64,000 nucleotides of DNA from Chlorokybus atmophyticus (lineage: Eukaryota; Plantae; Mesostigma and Chlorokybus algae): NCBI GenBank assembly GCA_009103225.1, contig RHPI01000810.1, positions 620,001 through 684,000 of the forward strand, given 5' to 3'. Both the position numbers and the translations under genes were made by a program. Below the pieces are notes generated by a model. That model worked only from the letters and a program-made list of their open reading frames with translations, was not told where the DNA came from and ran no database searches. Numbering within the stretch: position 1 is the first letter of the stretch; each line of letters begins with the position of its first letter. Below, one piece after another: positions 1 to 12,743 of this stretch.

Positions 1-7
1 CTTAAGT

Positions 8-116
8 NNNNNNNNNNNNNNNNNNNNNNNNNNNNNNNNNNNNNNNNNNNNNNNNNNNNNNNNNNNNNNNNNNNNNNNNNNNNNNNNNNNNNNNNNNNNN
101 NNNNNNNNNNNNNNNN
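8..116. other. Assembly gap (N run); other gaps at 1313-1449, 28435-28441 and 58515-59382
   Basis: Runs of n in the sequence; most abut G- or C-rich tracts. Confidence 0.99.
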
Positions 117-119
117 GGA

Positions 120-198
120 TGTAACGGGAAGGTACATTAGATTACCACAAATCGACCATAAAAGCACCAAGTCTTTTGTGGTCGACTGGGCTGTGACA
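120..198 (+). mobile_element. Short (79 bp) LTR, same family as the TRIM LTRs at 59692-60187; probably a 3' LTR
   Basis: TGTAACGGGAAGGTACA...AAGCACCAAGTCTTTT...CTGTGACA aligns with the reverse complement of 59692-59786 and 60102-60187. It is preceded by GGA after the gap (PPT-like context, as at 28451) and no PBS follows. Confidence 0.75.
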
Positions 199-261
199 GT
201 TATGATACAATAAGCGTTTGTGTGCATGTATGTTGGCGTGCACGCATGCGTAACATATATA

Positions 262-344
262 GTGAATCTGCTTAAATGTGTACATGAGCATATTGCTTTG
301 TTCGTGTGAATCTGCTTAAATGTGTACATGAGCATATTGCTTTG
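262..344. repeat. Tandem direct repeat, 2 x 39 bp (period 44)
   Basis: GTGAATCTGCTTAAATGTGTACATGAGCATATTGCTTTG at 262-300 and 306-344. Confidence 0.9.
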
Positions 345-499
345 TATGTGTGTGCAAGAGCAAGCACCATGCATCTGCGAGGCCATCACCACCAATACAA
401 GCATTGCAGACTGCACTCGTGCATGCATGGTAAGCACGCTACTCTAACTCGACTGGCTTATCGACTGTGCCACTAGTGCCACAAGTGATAGCATCATGT

Positions 500-2650
500 C
501 TAGAAGCACCCGCAGTGAAAAGTTCTTTATGGTGGTCTGATGGCCAGCATTAAACAGCTGATGCTTAATGACCACATCGCGCAGCTGCCATAAGGTGATT
601 TGATGATGCTCTGGGATGGGGCAGTCGTTGGTGGCGATGATTCATCAGGCCTTCAGAAGGCCTGCACACCATCCGAAAACCTCATGCACTGCTATTGTGA
701 TGCGTGAGGGTGATTCCTCCTCCTCCTCATCTACAACACATGCATTGTGAGTGCCCATTAATACACATACAATCACACATACTGCAAAGAGATCCTCACC
801 TTCAGCTTCATTAGGCTCAGCGGCAGCTCCCTCAACGCCTCCGACGCTTTAAAGAATGTCCTCAGGATGTCCTGAGGCTCATCGCTTCACCCGGCTTCAG
901 TTGGGAGGGTGTTATCGACGTGAACGAACTCGGGTGGGGAGAGCATCTCCGCACGTGGAATGGGAAGACGCTGCATGATGTCCCCGATCTCCTGCACATC
1001 AGCCTGCTCGCGTGCGTCAGTGTCGGGAGTGGGCGCGTGCCAAGCAGGAGGGGTGATGCCGCTCTTCCTCTTGCAATTCAAGATAGTGATTGCGGTCAGC
1101 TCCCTGTACACCTCGCGCGCGACACCATATAATTGCTTCCCTCAACTGCACTTTCACCGTGCGCAAGTCGGTTGTCGGGTCGGCATCATATTGCTGCAGC
1201 AAGTACTACTTGCGTAGTACGCAACAAGCTTGCGCTTGTACCTGCCACGAACAAAGTAAAAAGCAATACAAACTCTGACGAACAAGGGGGGTCCCGGAGG
1301 AGGGGGGGGGGGNNNNNNNNNNNNNNNNNNNNNNNNNNNNNNNNNNNNNNNNNNNNNNNNNNNNNNNNNNNNNNNNNNNNNNNNNNNNNNNNNNNNNNNN
1401 NNNNNNNNNNNNNNNNNNNNNNNNNNNNNNNNNNNNNNNNNNNNNNNNNCTCAAATTGTTTTACAAGTTCTCCAAATGCAGACTTAGTTTGTTACCAGAG
1501 TAACGCAGCATTACACCAGACCTTGAACGCAGCAATAATGCCTGCGTCAAGAGGTTGAATCTTGCTGGTCATGTTGAGAGGCAGAAACAGACACTTCACA
1601 GTGTCCACCTGAAGCGTCTTGAACCCTTTCTCCGTGCATGCGGCCCTGTACTTGCAGGCGTGGGTGGAAGAGTTGTCGAGCAACAATACATTGCGCTTTT
1701 GCAGCTTCATCTCAAAGGCGAAGTTGCAGAGCCAGCGATTGAAAATCTGCATGAGACAACGCTTAATCACACACGAACTTACAATCACACATGTGGACTT
1801 GCAGTTTGCACTAACAGACTTGCCAACTAGCAATAGTGCCAAACACCTTACCTCAGCGTTCATCCAAGCCTTCTTGTTGTTCTCGTATTCCACACCAATG
1901 CGGATGGAAGTCCATGTGCCCTTAAAAATCCTAGGTCTTTTAGCCATACCAATCAGCAAAAGGGGACACTTCTCGGAGCCGTCGGCATTCACACACAATG
2001 CTGTTGTGAACCTGTCCTTCTCTCTCTTCCCCCCTCTCGCTTCTTTACTTGCAGTTTCCAATGTGTGGCGTGGACGAGCCCGGTAGAACATCCCGCTCTC
2101 ATCCATGTTGAAGGTGTTGGTAGCGCCGTATTCTTCAAGAATCTCTGACAAGTCAGCTCGGGCCATGCCGACCCCTTCTTCAACCGTATCGTTGGCTTCC
2201 CCTTGCAATGGTTTAGCGGAGATGCCATGACGCTTCTTGAAGCGATTCACCTACCCGTGTGATGCATTAAAGTCCTATAAGTTCAACTTGCTAGTAAAGT
2301 CCTCGCCCTTCTCTATCGCGTCTATGAGGGAAGCATTGCGAGCTTGTACAAACCATGCATACAATGCATCCTCCAACTTAGGATGTGCATCAAGCCGCAT
2401 GCGCTTGGTACTTGCAGCGAAGTTACCACCCTGAGCTAGCGTGTCAGCTATCTTATCACGGGCAGTCATCAACTTTAACAATGCATGCTGTTTGATATCT
2501 AATTTCAACTTGGATTTAACACTAGCAATGAAGTCCGCTTGCCTAACGTTGATGCTCTTGCACAACCCATTATGCAGCTCCAATATGCGCTTGTTGTCGT
2601 TGAGAATGATGTTGCTACGCTTGGCGGGCTGTGGTGTGACATGATGACAT
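500..2650 (-). pseudogene. Decayed pogo/Tigger-family transposase (CENP-B HTH + DDE_1), intron-containing
   Basis: HPKLEDALYAWFVQAR (HTH_Tnp_Tc5), FNMDESGMFYR, LLLDNSSTH, QPLDAGIIAAFK, TILNCKRKSGI and C-terminal QTTIKNF. In-frame stops near 2250-2280 and frameshifts. GT-AG intron at about 1747-1852. Confidence 0.85.
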
Positions 2651-3177
2651 ACAAGACGCATGTAATGGTTTTGATGTTTACATGAACAGTCATAACAATG
2701 CACACATATACACGAGCATGTGCACAATACACACCTTAGCACAAGCCCTCCGGAGCTTCAAGCAGCTGTTCCCATTGTCAAGGCGTCTACTGCTACCTAT
2801 CTACACCTTTGCCCCCGCCGCCGCAGCATCTTACCGCGCCTCCAGGGGATAACCATTGCCTCTGCAACTAATGTGGCGGCTTAAGGCTCAGAAGTACTTG
2901 CATGTGCACAAGGGCACAAGGGCAAGTGCTTGCTTGTGCCCTTGCCTACAAGCAAGCACTTGCCATTGTGCCCTTGCGCTCAGCATTGCCACCTCAATAA
3001 GAGCATATCACCACTGGGATTTTCATGCGGCAACAATAGTCTTATTACGGGCAAGCCTTTCTTGAAGACCATTTCACTAAGCAAAAACATTTGTTTGTAA
3101 CTTACTTATTTAAAATCCATTGGTCTTTTGATAATGCATGATCTTAGCGGGGTTATTCCATTCCACTACAGCAAAGT

Positions 3178-3197
3178 CTTTTAATGGGGGTAGGCTG
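3178..3197 (-). repeat. Candidate 5' TIR of the Tigger-like element
   Basis: Minus strand reads TA|CAGCCTACCCCCATTAAAAG, resembling Tigger-type CAG...CCC.TTA termini; no matching left TIR found. Confidence 0.35.
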
Positions 3198-4076
3198 TAC
3201 AGGCAAATAGTGGTGCTTAAGAGAGTATTCTTAACCGCAAAGAGCGCATCTGTTTTTCACGTCATCCTCGTAAGTTTTAGTGAGCGCATTTAAAAGGTCG
3301 GGGAAGTAGTAGCGCATGACGAGTTTGGCATAATATGTGACTAGCGTGATCAACAGTGCGTGATGGGCAAGGTGTGACGCGCAGCCAGCGTGACGATCAT
3401 GTTTGCGCATTGGTCGTGACGTGATGGGCGTGATATAAAGGGGATAATTGCATCAATAGCATGTTTATGCGCTTAACATTCAGGAGTAGTCTTGGTAGTC
3501 TTGGTACACTGTAGTGTAGCTCGGGAATTACGCACGTAGGACACGTAACGTGCGGCAAGCGTGCAAACGTGGCGCAGCCTGCGCAGGAGTCCAAGTCCAC
3601 GTAGGATGCTGACTTACTGGTCAGAGGCAGCATTGTTTCCTCCGCCAACGAGTAGCCTTCCGTGCCGTCTGCCGCCGCCGCGGCGCTGCTCGCTCACGAT
3701 CAGGAGGACGACAAGGAAGTGCGATTAACAGTCGCGGAGCTGTGACAGCCAAAGCCGCCGCTGCAAGATAAGGTAAGGACAATCAGTTTACTTACGGACA
3801 AGCTGGCTGTTTACGTGTGCGCGAGTGCGCCAGAGCTGCTAGCTGCTTGCTCCTCAGCTGGAAAAAGTCAATGTGCTGCACAGTTGGATGATTACTGCTT
3901 CTGCAAGCTAGTTTAGTTGTGTGCATTGAGAGCTTGCTTTCTCAACTCGAGGCTGTCGTCCGCAGCTGGCTGTGCTTGCATGGGGACGTTGCATGCTTGA
4001 GCATCATGCAAGTCGGTGGCTTATGTTTTAACATTGTCGTGAATTGGTAGGGGCTGTCGGTGATATTGTCGTCAGC

Positions 4077-6359
4077 ATGGTGAGCAATCCTGCGGGAGCC
4101 ACGGCGGCCGGCGCCGTGGCTCCGACGGTGGCGAAGCTGCGTGCCGCCTTCGACCAGGGCATCACAAGACCGTTGGAATGGCGCGAGCACCAGCTCAAGC
4201 AGCTCATCAAGATGGTCAAGGAGCAGAAAACCGCCTTTGTGGAAGCTCTTCAGGCTGACCTTGGCCGTGGAGAGGTACATCTCACACACTCTGCATGCCG
4301 CATGCAAGTCTTTGATCAGTGACAGTCCATAAATTATTACGCATGTACGTTGCAGTGGACTAGTCTACTGCGATTGCCAACGCAGTAAGCCACAACAGCA
4401 AGACAAACAGCCACGCTTGCGTCGCACTGCCTGTTGTGCGGGCGCCTTGTTAGACTGCCTTGTGCGACGTCGTGTAACGTTGGTGGCGCGCGCTCTCATG
4501 CTGCACAGCAATGAGCACAGTGTGATAAGCTGAGCATGGCTTTACATTGTCGCAGATGGAAGCGAGTGTGGTTGAGGTGGACGGTGTCTGCGCGACCATG
4601 ACGGACTTACTCAAAAACGTCAGAAAGTATGTCAGTTTGGGTTACATGTGACGACAGCTGTCATGACTGTTTTTGTTTGATTTCTATTGCTTTGTAAAAA
4701 TGACAAGTGTTGTTTGAACTCTTGACAGGTGGGCTGCACCTCAGAAAGTCAAGACGCCAATGTCTTTCTATCCAGGGACTGCAGAAGTTGTGCCTGAGCC
4801 ATTGGGCGCAGTGCTCATTATTGCTCCCTGGAACTTCCCTCTCAGTAAGTTTATGTCTGCTGCAGTCTGCGACTTGCACTCTGGCAGTTTCTGTGCGTTG
4901 CAAAAAATGACCTTCAACTCAGTGTCGGACTGATATTCAGTCCCATTCGTGTTTGTGTTACGCAGTTTTGCTTCTTGAGCCTCTTGCTGCAGCCATTGCA
5001 GCTGGCAATGCTGTAGTGGGCAAGCCGTCTGAAGTCTCATCGCACACTTCTGCGGCACTTGCCAAGTATGTTCCGCAATACATTGACATGCGTGCCATCT
5101 CCATCATTGAGGGTGGAAAGGACGTTGTGCAGCAGCTGCTCGAACAACGGTATGTATATGTATGTGCATTGTATAGCGTTTTGTGGACACATAACAAACA
5201 CAATGCTCACATGGTTGGAGTTGTTCGTAGGTGGGACCACATCTTCTACACTGGTGGCAGCAGTGTTGGGCGCATTGTCATGGCTGCCGCTGCCAAGCAC
5301 TTGACGCCAGTAACGCTGGAGTTGGGTGGCAAGTCGCCGTGTTATGTGGACAAAGACGTGGACGTGAAGGTCAGCACACCTCACTGCTTTGTAACTGGTT
5401 GGTTGTGTATCTGCTTGTGCATGCCTCTCTTTTGAGGACGCCTTTGCTGTGAACCTCATGTGTGGACAATGGCTTCTTGTTATCTTTTGTGAACAGGTTG
5501 TTGCAAAGAGAATGCTTTCGGGCAAGTTCACAAATGCAGGACAGATTTGCGTTGCACCGGACTACTGCTTGGCACATGAGAAGATTGCGCAGCCGTTGCT
5601 GGAAGCCTGCAAAGATACGATCAAAGAGTTCTATGGTGAAGACCCCAAAGCGTCGAAGGACTTTGCGCGCATCATCAGCGACGGTCATTTCAAGCGTGTG
5701 TCTGGCATTCTCGATGAGGTTAAAGACCAAGTCTTTGTGGGCGGAGCTACTGATCCGCAGCAGCGGTTCATTGCTCCAACACTGTTGAAGGATGTGCCTG
5801 AATCTGCTGGCTATTGGAAGGAGGAGATATTCGGCCCTCTGCTTGCTGTGGCGCCCGTTCCTGATGAAGACGCTGCTATTGAGTTCATTCGCAAGGGAGA
5901 GAAGCCTCTTGCTCTGTATGTGTTCTCGAACAGCTCGCAAGTGCAGCAGAAGATTGTGAGTAACACGTCGTCTGGCGGTGTTTGCATCAATGACACCGTC
6001 CTTCATGTAAGTTGTGTTTCTTTGCTGTTGCCACTTGGCAGCCCTTACATCGCTGCTTCATTAGTGCACTTGAAGAGTGCATTGAATTGTAGTAATCATA
6101 CCTTGATGCATGGCAGCTTGGCATTCCTGACTTGCCCTTTGGTGGAGTTGGTGAAAGTGGCATGGGCGCTTACCATGGCAAGCGCTCATTTGATACGTTT
6201 TCACATATCAAAGGCGTCGCCAAGAAGCCATTGGCAAACGATCCCGCGCTGCGCTATCCGCCGTTCACTCCCAAGAAGATTGCACTCTTGTCTTTGCTGA
6301 TTGGTGGCGGGTCCCTTCGCGACTGGATCAGTTGGCTGTTTGGGTGGGGCAAGAAGTGA
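4077..6359 (+). CDS. ALDH3: Aldehyde dehydrogenase family 3 (fatty aldehyde dehydrogenase-like); exons approx. 4077-4274, 4556-4626, 4729-4844, 4966-5149, 5231-5369, 5497-6006, 6117-6359
   Basis: Spliced translation gives [29 protein letters not shown] (catalytic Glu), [11 protein letters not shown] (catalytic Cys), EEIFGP and [16 protein letters not shown]; all introns GT-AG. Confidence 0.95.
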
Positions 6360-7953
6360 GCACGTGCAAATAGCGTTATGGCCTTGTACAGTTGACTGAA
6401 ATAAGTGCAGCCATTTTGTGTTGTTATGGTGCAGAAACGCGGTGGGTTTAGTGACTGGTGTGCTTGCTAGAGGAGGCAGATAGGGCGTGGGTCCTGTATA
6501 CACCACCAACGACGGTTGTTTCAAACTACTTAGACACGATGTAGGGCGTTCATGGTGCGTGTTGACTGTACCTTGTTGCCTACAGGAAGTTATCATGTGC
6601 AATTGCGGCGCTTTGGAGCATCTTGTATGCTGCATTCACGTTCCACTTCAAGAAGTTATGGTTATCAAATGCACGGATAGGTGGTAAAGGCCCCGGGTAT
6701 AATAATTGTGCTGGTGTTGATGGTTTGTCCCTGAGTGCTCTATCTACAAAATGCGCATGTTTGTGGGATGTTTACGATGTACACCCTATGGACATTTGTG
6801 GGGAAGGATGTGTGCTACATGTGATGCTGCATCTGTACAATAAGCAGTGTGTTTGCACAGCACATGGATGTGTCATCCACTCCCCTTAGCATTCGCACCC
6901 GTACACTTGCAAACACATCAAACACCAGCTACATGCAAGGAAGTCCTCATACAAGAACATCATCAAGGCTCACATATCATTACCGCAGGCAGGGCAAGCC
7001 TACCACGCGTCGCATATACATGGTATAAGACTTTTATACCGTATTTGACATGTATATGCAATAAGCTTCCACCTATAATGATAACTTCTGGTGCCATAGC
7101 TTGGTAGATAAGGTCGCATCTGTTACAGCCGATCGTAATGTCACATTCCAATCGGCTCACACGTGTGATTTCATAGTAAAAAGTCACACATGTTGTGAGT
7201 GCGAGGTATCGTTACACCATCAGTTGACGGAATCCCTACTTCAATGATGAGATATATCATCTTTTCACATAATAGGTGAGATAGTGCTAGGACAAATACT
7301 CCATACATTTCATGCATGCATTTGTAGCAAGCATCTTAGATAGCTCATAACATCATAAACTTCAAGCAATGCTACATGCAATATTGTATGTGAGGTTGTC
7401 ACATGCAGCTACACGCGATAACGACGAGTCTGTGAACATGAAAAATTACAATAATAGTGCATGGCATCTGGGGTTGTCGGGTGGGTTGGCAATCCAGCCA
7501 AGACACCACTAAGCCAACACATCAATTACAATAGGAAGCAAGCAAGGCCGGTAGATAACAAGTACAGCATCTTTTATGCAGACCAAGGCGGGCATATATA
7601 TGCTGGTTCGTGCACGAGCTTGCCTTGCTTGCATTAGTACTATTGGAAAGCCTACACATAATAAATGAAGCATACTTTGCTGACTGCAACAGCACACCTT
7701 ATATTCCAAAGACTTGCTTAGGCATACACCCATGTCTGCAAGGACACGTATACAGCAAGAGTATACCCACATGAAACAGCGTAAACTGCACATTGGACTG
7801 GTTAAATTCGCATCTGCTGTACCTAACACAAACTGCACAATGCACATACACAAGCTAGAGCGGGGGCCACAGTTGTCAACCTACAACAGAAAGGAGGCTA
7901 TACCAACCTAAGCTTGAATTGCACTACGTCACAATCGCTTATCTATCTACAAA

Positions 7954-10900
7954 CTAAGTGTCCGACCTTGTTTGCCTCGTACTGCTCTGTGACATGCTGC
8001 TGTCAGCTGTAGTAGAGCTAGTGCCGCGGCTGAACGAAGCGCTGCTCATTGAGTTGTCATTACTGTCATGGCTGGCCTGTGGCGTCGGGTCCGCAGCTCC
8101 AACTTGAGCTGCTGCTGCCACTGACACCACAGGCTGCGCAGCATTTCCTCGCCAGATAATGCTGAACGGGAACATCGGGAGGGACATTAGCGGGCCTATT
8201 GCGAGCATTAGGGGACTCGGGCTGTTGGCGTGGACAGCCGGCCGTAGCTGGCTTGCAGGGTGAGGGGTAGGGGCGGGCGGGTTGTCCGCATCCTGCTGCT
8301 GCTGCTGCTGCTGCTGCAATGGAGGAGATGCTGCGTGCTCATGTGCATGCGTGCGCTGCTGCTGGTGCTGGTGCTGCATGGGCTGGTGCTGGGTGGGCTG
8401 GCGCTGCTCTGACTGCTGTGCAGCCGCTTGTCGCTGTTGTTGACGGCGCTGGCTTTCTTCCAGAGCCGGCACCTGGTACAAACACTGTAAGCATGATCGT
8501 CACAAAGAGTGCAGATGCACCAACACCGATAGCGGCAGACCTCATGTCGGTTCCAGAAGTACAGGATGGAGTGCTGGATAAAAGCGGCGGTAGCAAAGAA
8601 GGCAATATAGGAAAAACCTGCACACCAAGCAAGAGCAATCATTGACAATGTCTCACAATTTGGCTTGCACTGTAGCAACAGCACTTACCATATGTGTACG
8701 AAAAGAAGTATATGTGGAAAAGCATGAAGTAAACAAAAAAGAATCGAGGGAAAAAGCGCATAGAAGTGGTTGTCCGGACACTGCAGCACAAACACACTAT
8801 CAGTTGCTGCTTGTGCTAGTGGCCCAGCCTGTACAGTAGAACTGGGTGGCTATAGTACACCACACAATGTACCTGATCATGGCAAAAAGCTCGCAAAGCC
8901 AGACAAGTGTCAGGATCATGAACGCCATCAGCTGGTCATCAAAGAACTCAAACAAGAAAAACAGGATGCCGATCATAATCTGTTGATTACCATCAACTGT
9001 GTGAGCAAGGCTGGCGAGAGAGTGTGCACACCTTTCCACTTCGCAGACAAGGTGCTTTGAGCAAGCATGCACAACGAAGACGTGATGCAAGGACATCTGT
9101 ACCGGCACAAACACCAGCGACTCGATAATGTGGGTGAAGATCAGCCGGAAAATAGGTAAGCGGTAGCGAGCATGGTGTTGTAGTTGAACTGCAACACAAG
9201 ATGCCATCAGATGTCAGCACCAGCACAATCAGTTGCAGATGCCGACCCTTCATATCAAGCTCCTGAGTATCGAACCTGTGAACTTGAACATGCGCGCCTG
9301 AGTCTCCCGCAGTGTGAACGAGACAGACATAGTGGTAGTGAAGAACAGGAAAAGTGATGTAATGAAAACGCCGAACTTCACCACCAAATAATCTGCTTGG
9401 ACAGTGTGTTGAAAACATGACGCAGAGCAAGCTCCAAAAATAACGCGCGTGGCAGAACTAGTGACAAGCAACCTACTACTTCGCAGTTGTGCACCACATA
9501 CCTTCAATGCGCATTGGCTCAGGGTGAACGTCAGGTGCAGAGTTCAGGTTGTACAACTCTTTTGTGTACACATTGAACAGGTACCCTACCAAACAATTAA
9601 ACAATTGATTTGACTTTGCTTTCAATCCACACACCATGACTCACATACAGGACTCCTCAACCTACCTCTGTTGCCTCGGGCTTCAATGAGGCTGTTGATG
9701 ATGACTGTATCATAGCCGACGAGGTTGTCTAGCAAGAATCGCGTGTACCTTGAGGTATGTATACAGATTATTAAGCCCTGCGGTTTTGTTGTAAGCATTC
9801 TGCAGCGCAGTGCAATCAATACACCCCACATACTTGTCACCAAAGCAAGTATTGTTTGTGCAGATAGTGACTTGTACACTGCGGATGCCATGCCTAGCCT
9901 TCGCACTCTCCGACAGCATCAAGAAGCCCTGCAAAACAGTTTGAAACTCTGTGTCAGCGCTTAATAAAGCTCTCTAGTAAAGCACTCTACAGAGTGTGAC
10001 ACTTGAATGCTGCAAACCAAACAAACCTTCTCAAGACTGTATATGTACTCAGAATCTGTCCACCAGTCCTCGAACTGCTGATATCGTTGAACGGCTGCCC
10101 AGTTCTCATGCCGAGCTGCATGGCCTAGTATGCAGCACAGTGAGCAGTGGCCACAGAGCAGTCTTGAACTGGAGTTTCACATTGCAGAAAGCAGCAACAG
10201 CATACCGGAGTCTCTGCTGCCAAGCGAGCCAGCGGTCGTTCGTGCTGATTCAGCAATGCGCTACACATGCACATGGTGCACATTAGATGAATGCAAACTT
10301 GATGCTCATAGAGTGCACGTAAGCAAGCAGCGGCCATACCCTGTCAGCAAAGGCTGATGACAAGGTCTTTTCTATCCTTTCCACCCAAGCTGCTCCGTTT
10401 GCACTCCAGCTGGCCACGAAGCTTATCAATGCACTGCCAAGCGGTCCCCGCCGAGCTTCTGCAGCTCTTTTGGACTGCTCTACCGCGGTGACTGGAGGCT
10501 CCACTGGCTCATCCTGCTTTGCAGCACTACAGCTATCACCAGATGGATCATCCTGGCCTTCCGTACTCAAACAGTAACCCGTTCCGTGTGAGGGTTCAGC
10601 AAAGGCAGACTGATCTTTCAATGGAGCCCTCATGCGCAAACTCTCCGGCACAACCCAACCACCGGAGACCTGCACCACTTGCGGATGAGACATTCTGCGC
10701 ATCAGCAACATCATCATGCTTGTAGCGGACCGGCACCTTTATGTCAATGAGTTGAGCTTCAGATATGGCCGCATCTGATAGCTCCGCTGCACAACCTGGC
10801 TGCACAACAGACGTGGCAAGCACAACTCAGTGCACTGTTCTCTCAGTCTGCTGCCTGTGCACAACCCAACAATGACTGGCAGCAGCAGCATGCCTTGCGT

Positions 10901-11028
10901 ACCGTGCCAACAAAATTGGTATGCATAATGTACAGCAACACCACCAGCAGAAGGGCGTTGATGAGACTCATGTACTCCAGTAACCGCCGGAAACGCGGGG
11001 TTAGCAACCCAGCCATTACTCCAGAAAA
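7954..11028 (-). CDS. Membralin (TMEM259)-like ER membrane protein, multi-exon; first coding exon upstream of 11028 not resolved
   Basis: LLTPRFRRLLEY, QPGCAAELS, VGYDTVIINSL, LFFTTTMSVSFTLRETQARM, IMIGILFFLFEFFDDQLMAF and FIQHSILYFWNR match plant membralin motifs; Q-rich C-terminus; stop at 7954-7956. Confidence 0.9.
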
Positions 11029-11766
11029 CCTGATGTGCGCACACTTGTCATTATGCACATCCATACACTGCGACCATGTGCTGTCGTGTTAACCACGTGA
11101 AACGCGAGAAAGCAAGCAAACCCCGACGATGCACATCATTTCCACCAACCTTGGAAGACACCCCAACCTAAACATGTCCAATCACATGGGGATTCGCCCA
11201 CCACTATATGCTTTACAACATCGTGAAGAAAACTCCCGTGCATTGCTGAAACGGTACGACAATATTGGGCATGGCGACATGTCATACGCGGCGCATTGCA
11301 ACACACAACACCTTGCGTGAATGGTTTGAAAGGCCTGCTCAGGTTCCATGGGCACGCCGGCCCGAAAGTGCACGACACCTATGCTCCCAATTATGCCACC
11401 AGGGGGCACAGGCGATCCCATAACCGCCGCCGCAGCAGCAAACCAGAGCTGCTACTACGGCACACTTCGGCAAGGTCGAAGCACCGGCTGCTGTGCTGCT
11501 CCGCATGGGTGCATGTCTCAGAGCCTCGCTTGTAGCGTGTAACTGAGCTGCGCTTCTGACATCAGCGCTGCATCGATCAGCCTCTCACGCAGGCAGCAGT
11601 CCAAGCCAAATTCAACAAATGTGAAGTCAAGACCCTCCCGCGCCCATGCACTATGCACTGACAGCGACAACGCCCAGCTTGACCCTCCCGCCGTCGCCGA
11701 CGCCGCCGTCGCCGCTAAGCACGCAGCTGCGTCACTCAGCGCCAACAACATGTTGGTAGAGTGTGT

Positions 11767-11774
11767 TAGGGTTT
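11767..11774. promoter_or_regulatory. Telo-box (TAGGGTTT/AAACCCTA); second copy at 12095-12102
   Basis: Exact motif twice in the interval between the divergent membralin and YTH genes. Confidence 0.45.
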
Positions 11775-12743
11775 GCTTTCTGTCTTCGGGTCTGACGCAG
11801 TTTCGTCGTCGTCAAGTGGCTCCGGTTAATTATGGCACACGCAGCTCGTTTAACAGATTCAGCACTAAACTGCGACAAGCCCACTTCAGCAAACACAAAT
11901 TACACGTGGCGAAAGTTGGCTTAGAGGCGGTGGCGGCGGCGGAGCCGGTGGCGGTGGTGGTGGCGGCGGTCTGGTGCGGTTGTTATTTTACGTGTCATTG
12001 TCGTCTGCGTGGTCGTTTTCGTCGTCGTCGTCGTGTGAGGGAGCTCTGCCGAATGTGCGCTGGTGTCATTGGTTGGGGCTTCAGGCAGCGTGCGTAGGGT
12101 TTGGGCGCTGACCAAGTTGACCGGCTTCCTGCGGCGGTGCCGTGGCTGAGGTTGATAGGTTTGGCGTTCCTCGACTTCGTTAACATGATCGTCGAGTTGT
12201 GACGCGTTGCGCTCAGCATACATACGCCTGCCCTTGGCTTTCCCCGTCTGCGGCCAGCCGCCTGCGCTACTCATCATCCGCACTACGCTTGCAGTCAATT
12301 TGAGCCTATTGATGCTTATTCATCACTGCCAGTCATTCACACGGCTATAAACCTGTTGACGTCTGCGGCTTCGAGCTCATACGCGGAGCGAACACCAGGT
12401 TGGTTGTCACCACAGGCTTTTTCAAGTCAGCACACGACGCACAGCATTGTTTCAAGCAGTTGCAACCCTAGCTGGCATGCGCATCCTGCGGTGGAGGTCT
12501 GATATAGGTTGCATTGTTCTCCACACACTGCCTCACCAGGTTGCACCCAACGTGGTTTTGTGAGGTCGTCTTCGGCAGCCCTTCTTACAGATTCACACAC
12601 GTAACTTATTGCACGCACACCAGAACCCGTTTGACGTTTACAGTAGCGACGTCCAGGGGGTCGTCACCTAGTGGGCATCTCGTTGCTTATGTGTCTGGTT
12701 GCACTCCTGGCAGACAACGTTTGTGGCGATTATCAGTTGCACT

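Noticed and set aside
1133-1558. ORFs running through N gaps (also 58402-59452)
   Set aside because: Artefacts of translating Ns; no evidence of coding
11518-12298. Minus-strand ORFs upstream of membralin (including LRERLIDAAL) as its first exon
   Set aside because: No convincing splice path to 11028; low-complexity, leader-like sequence; start left unresolved
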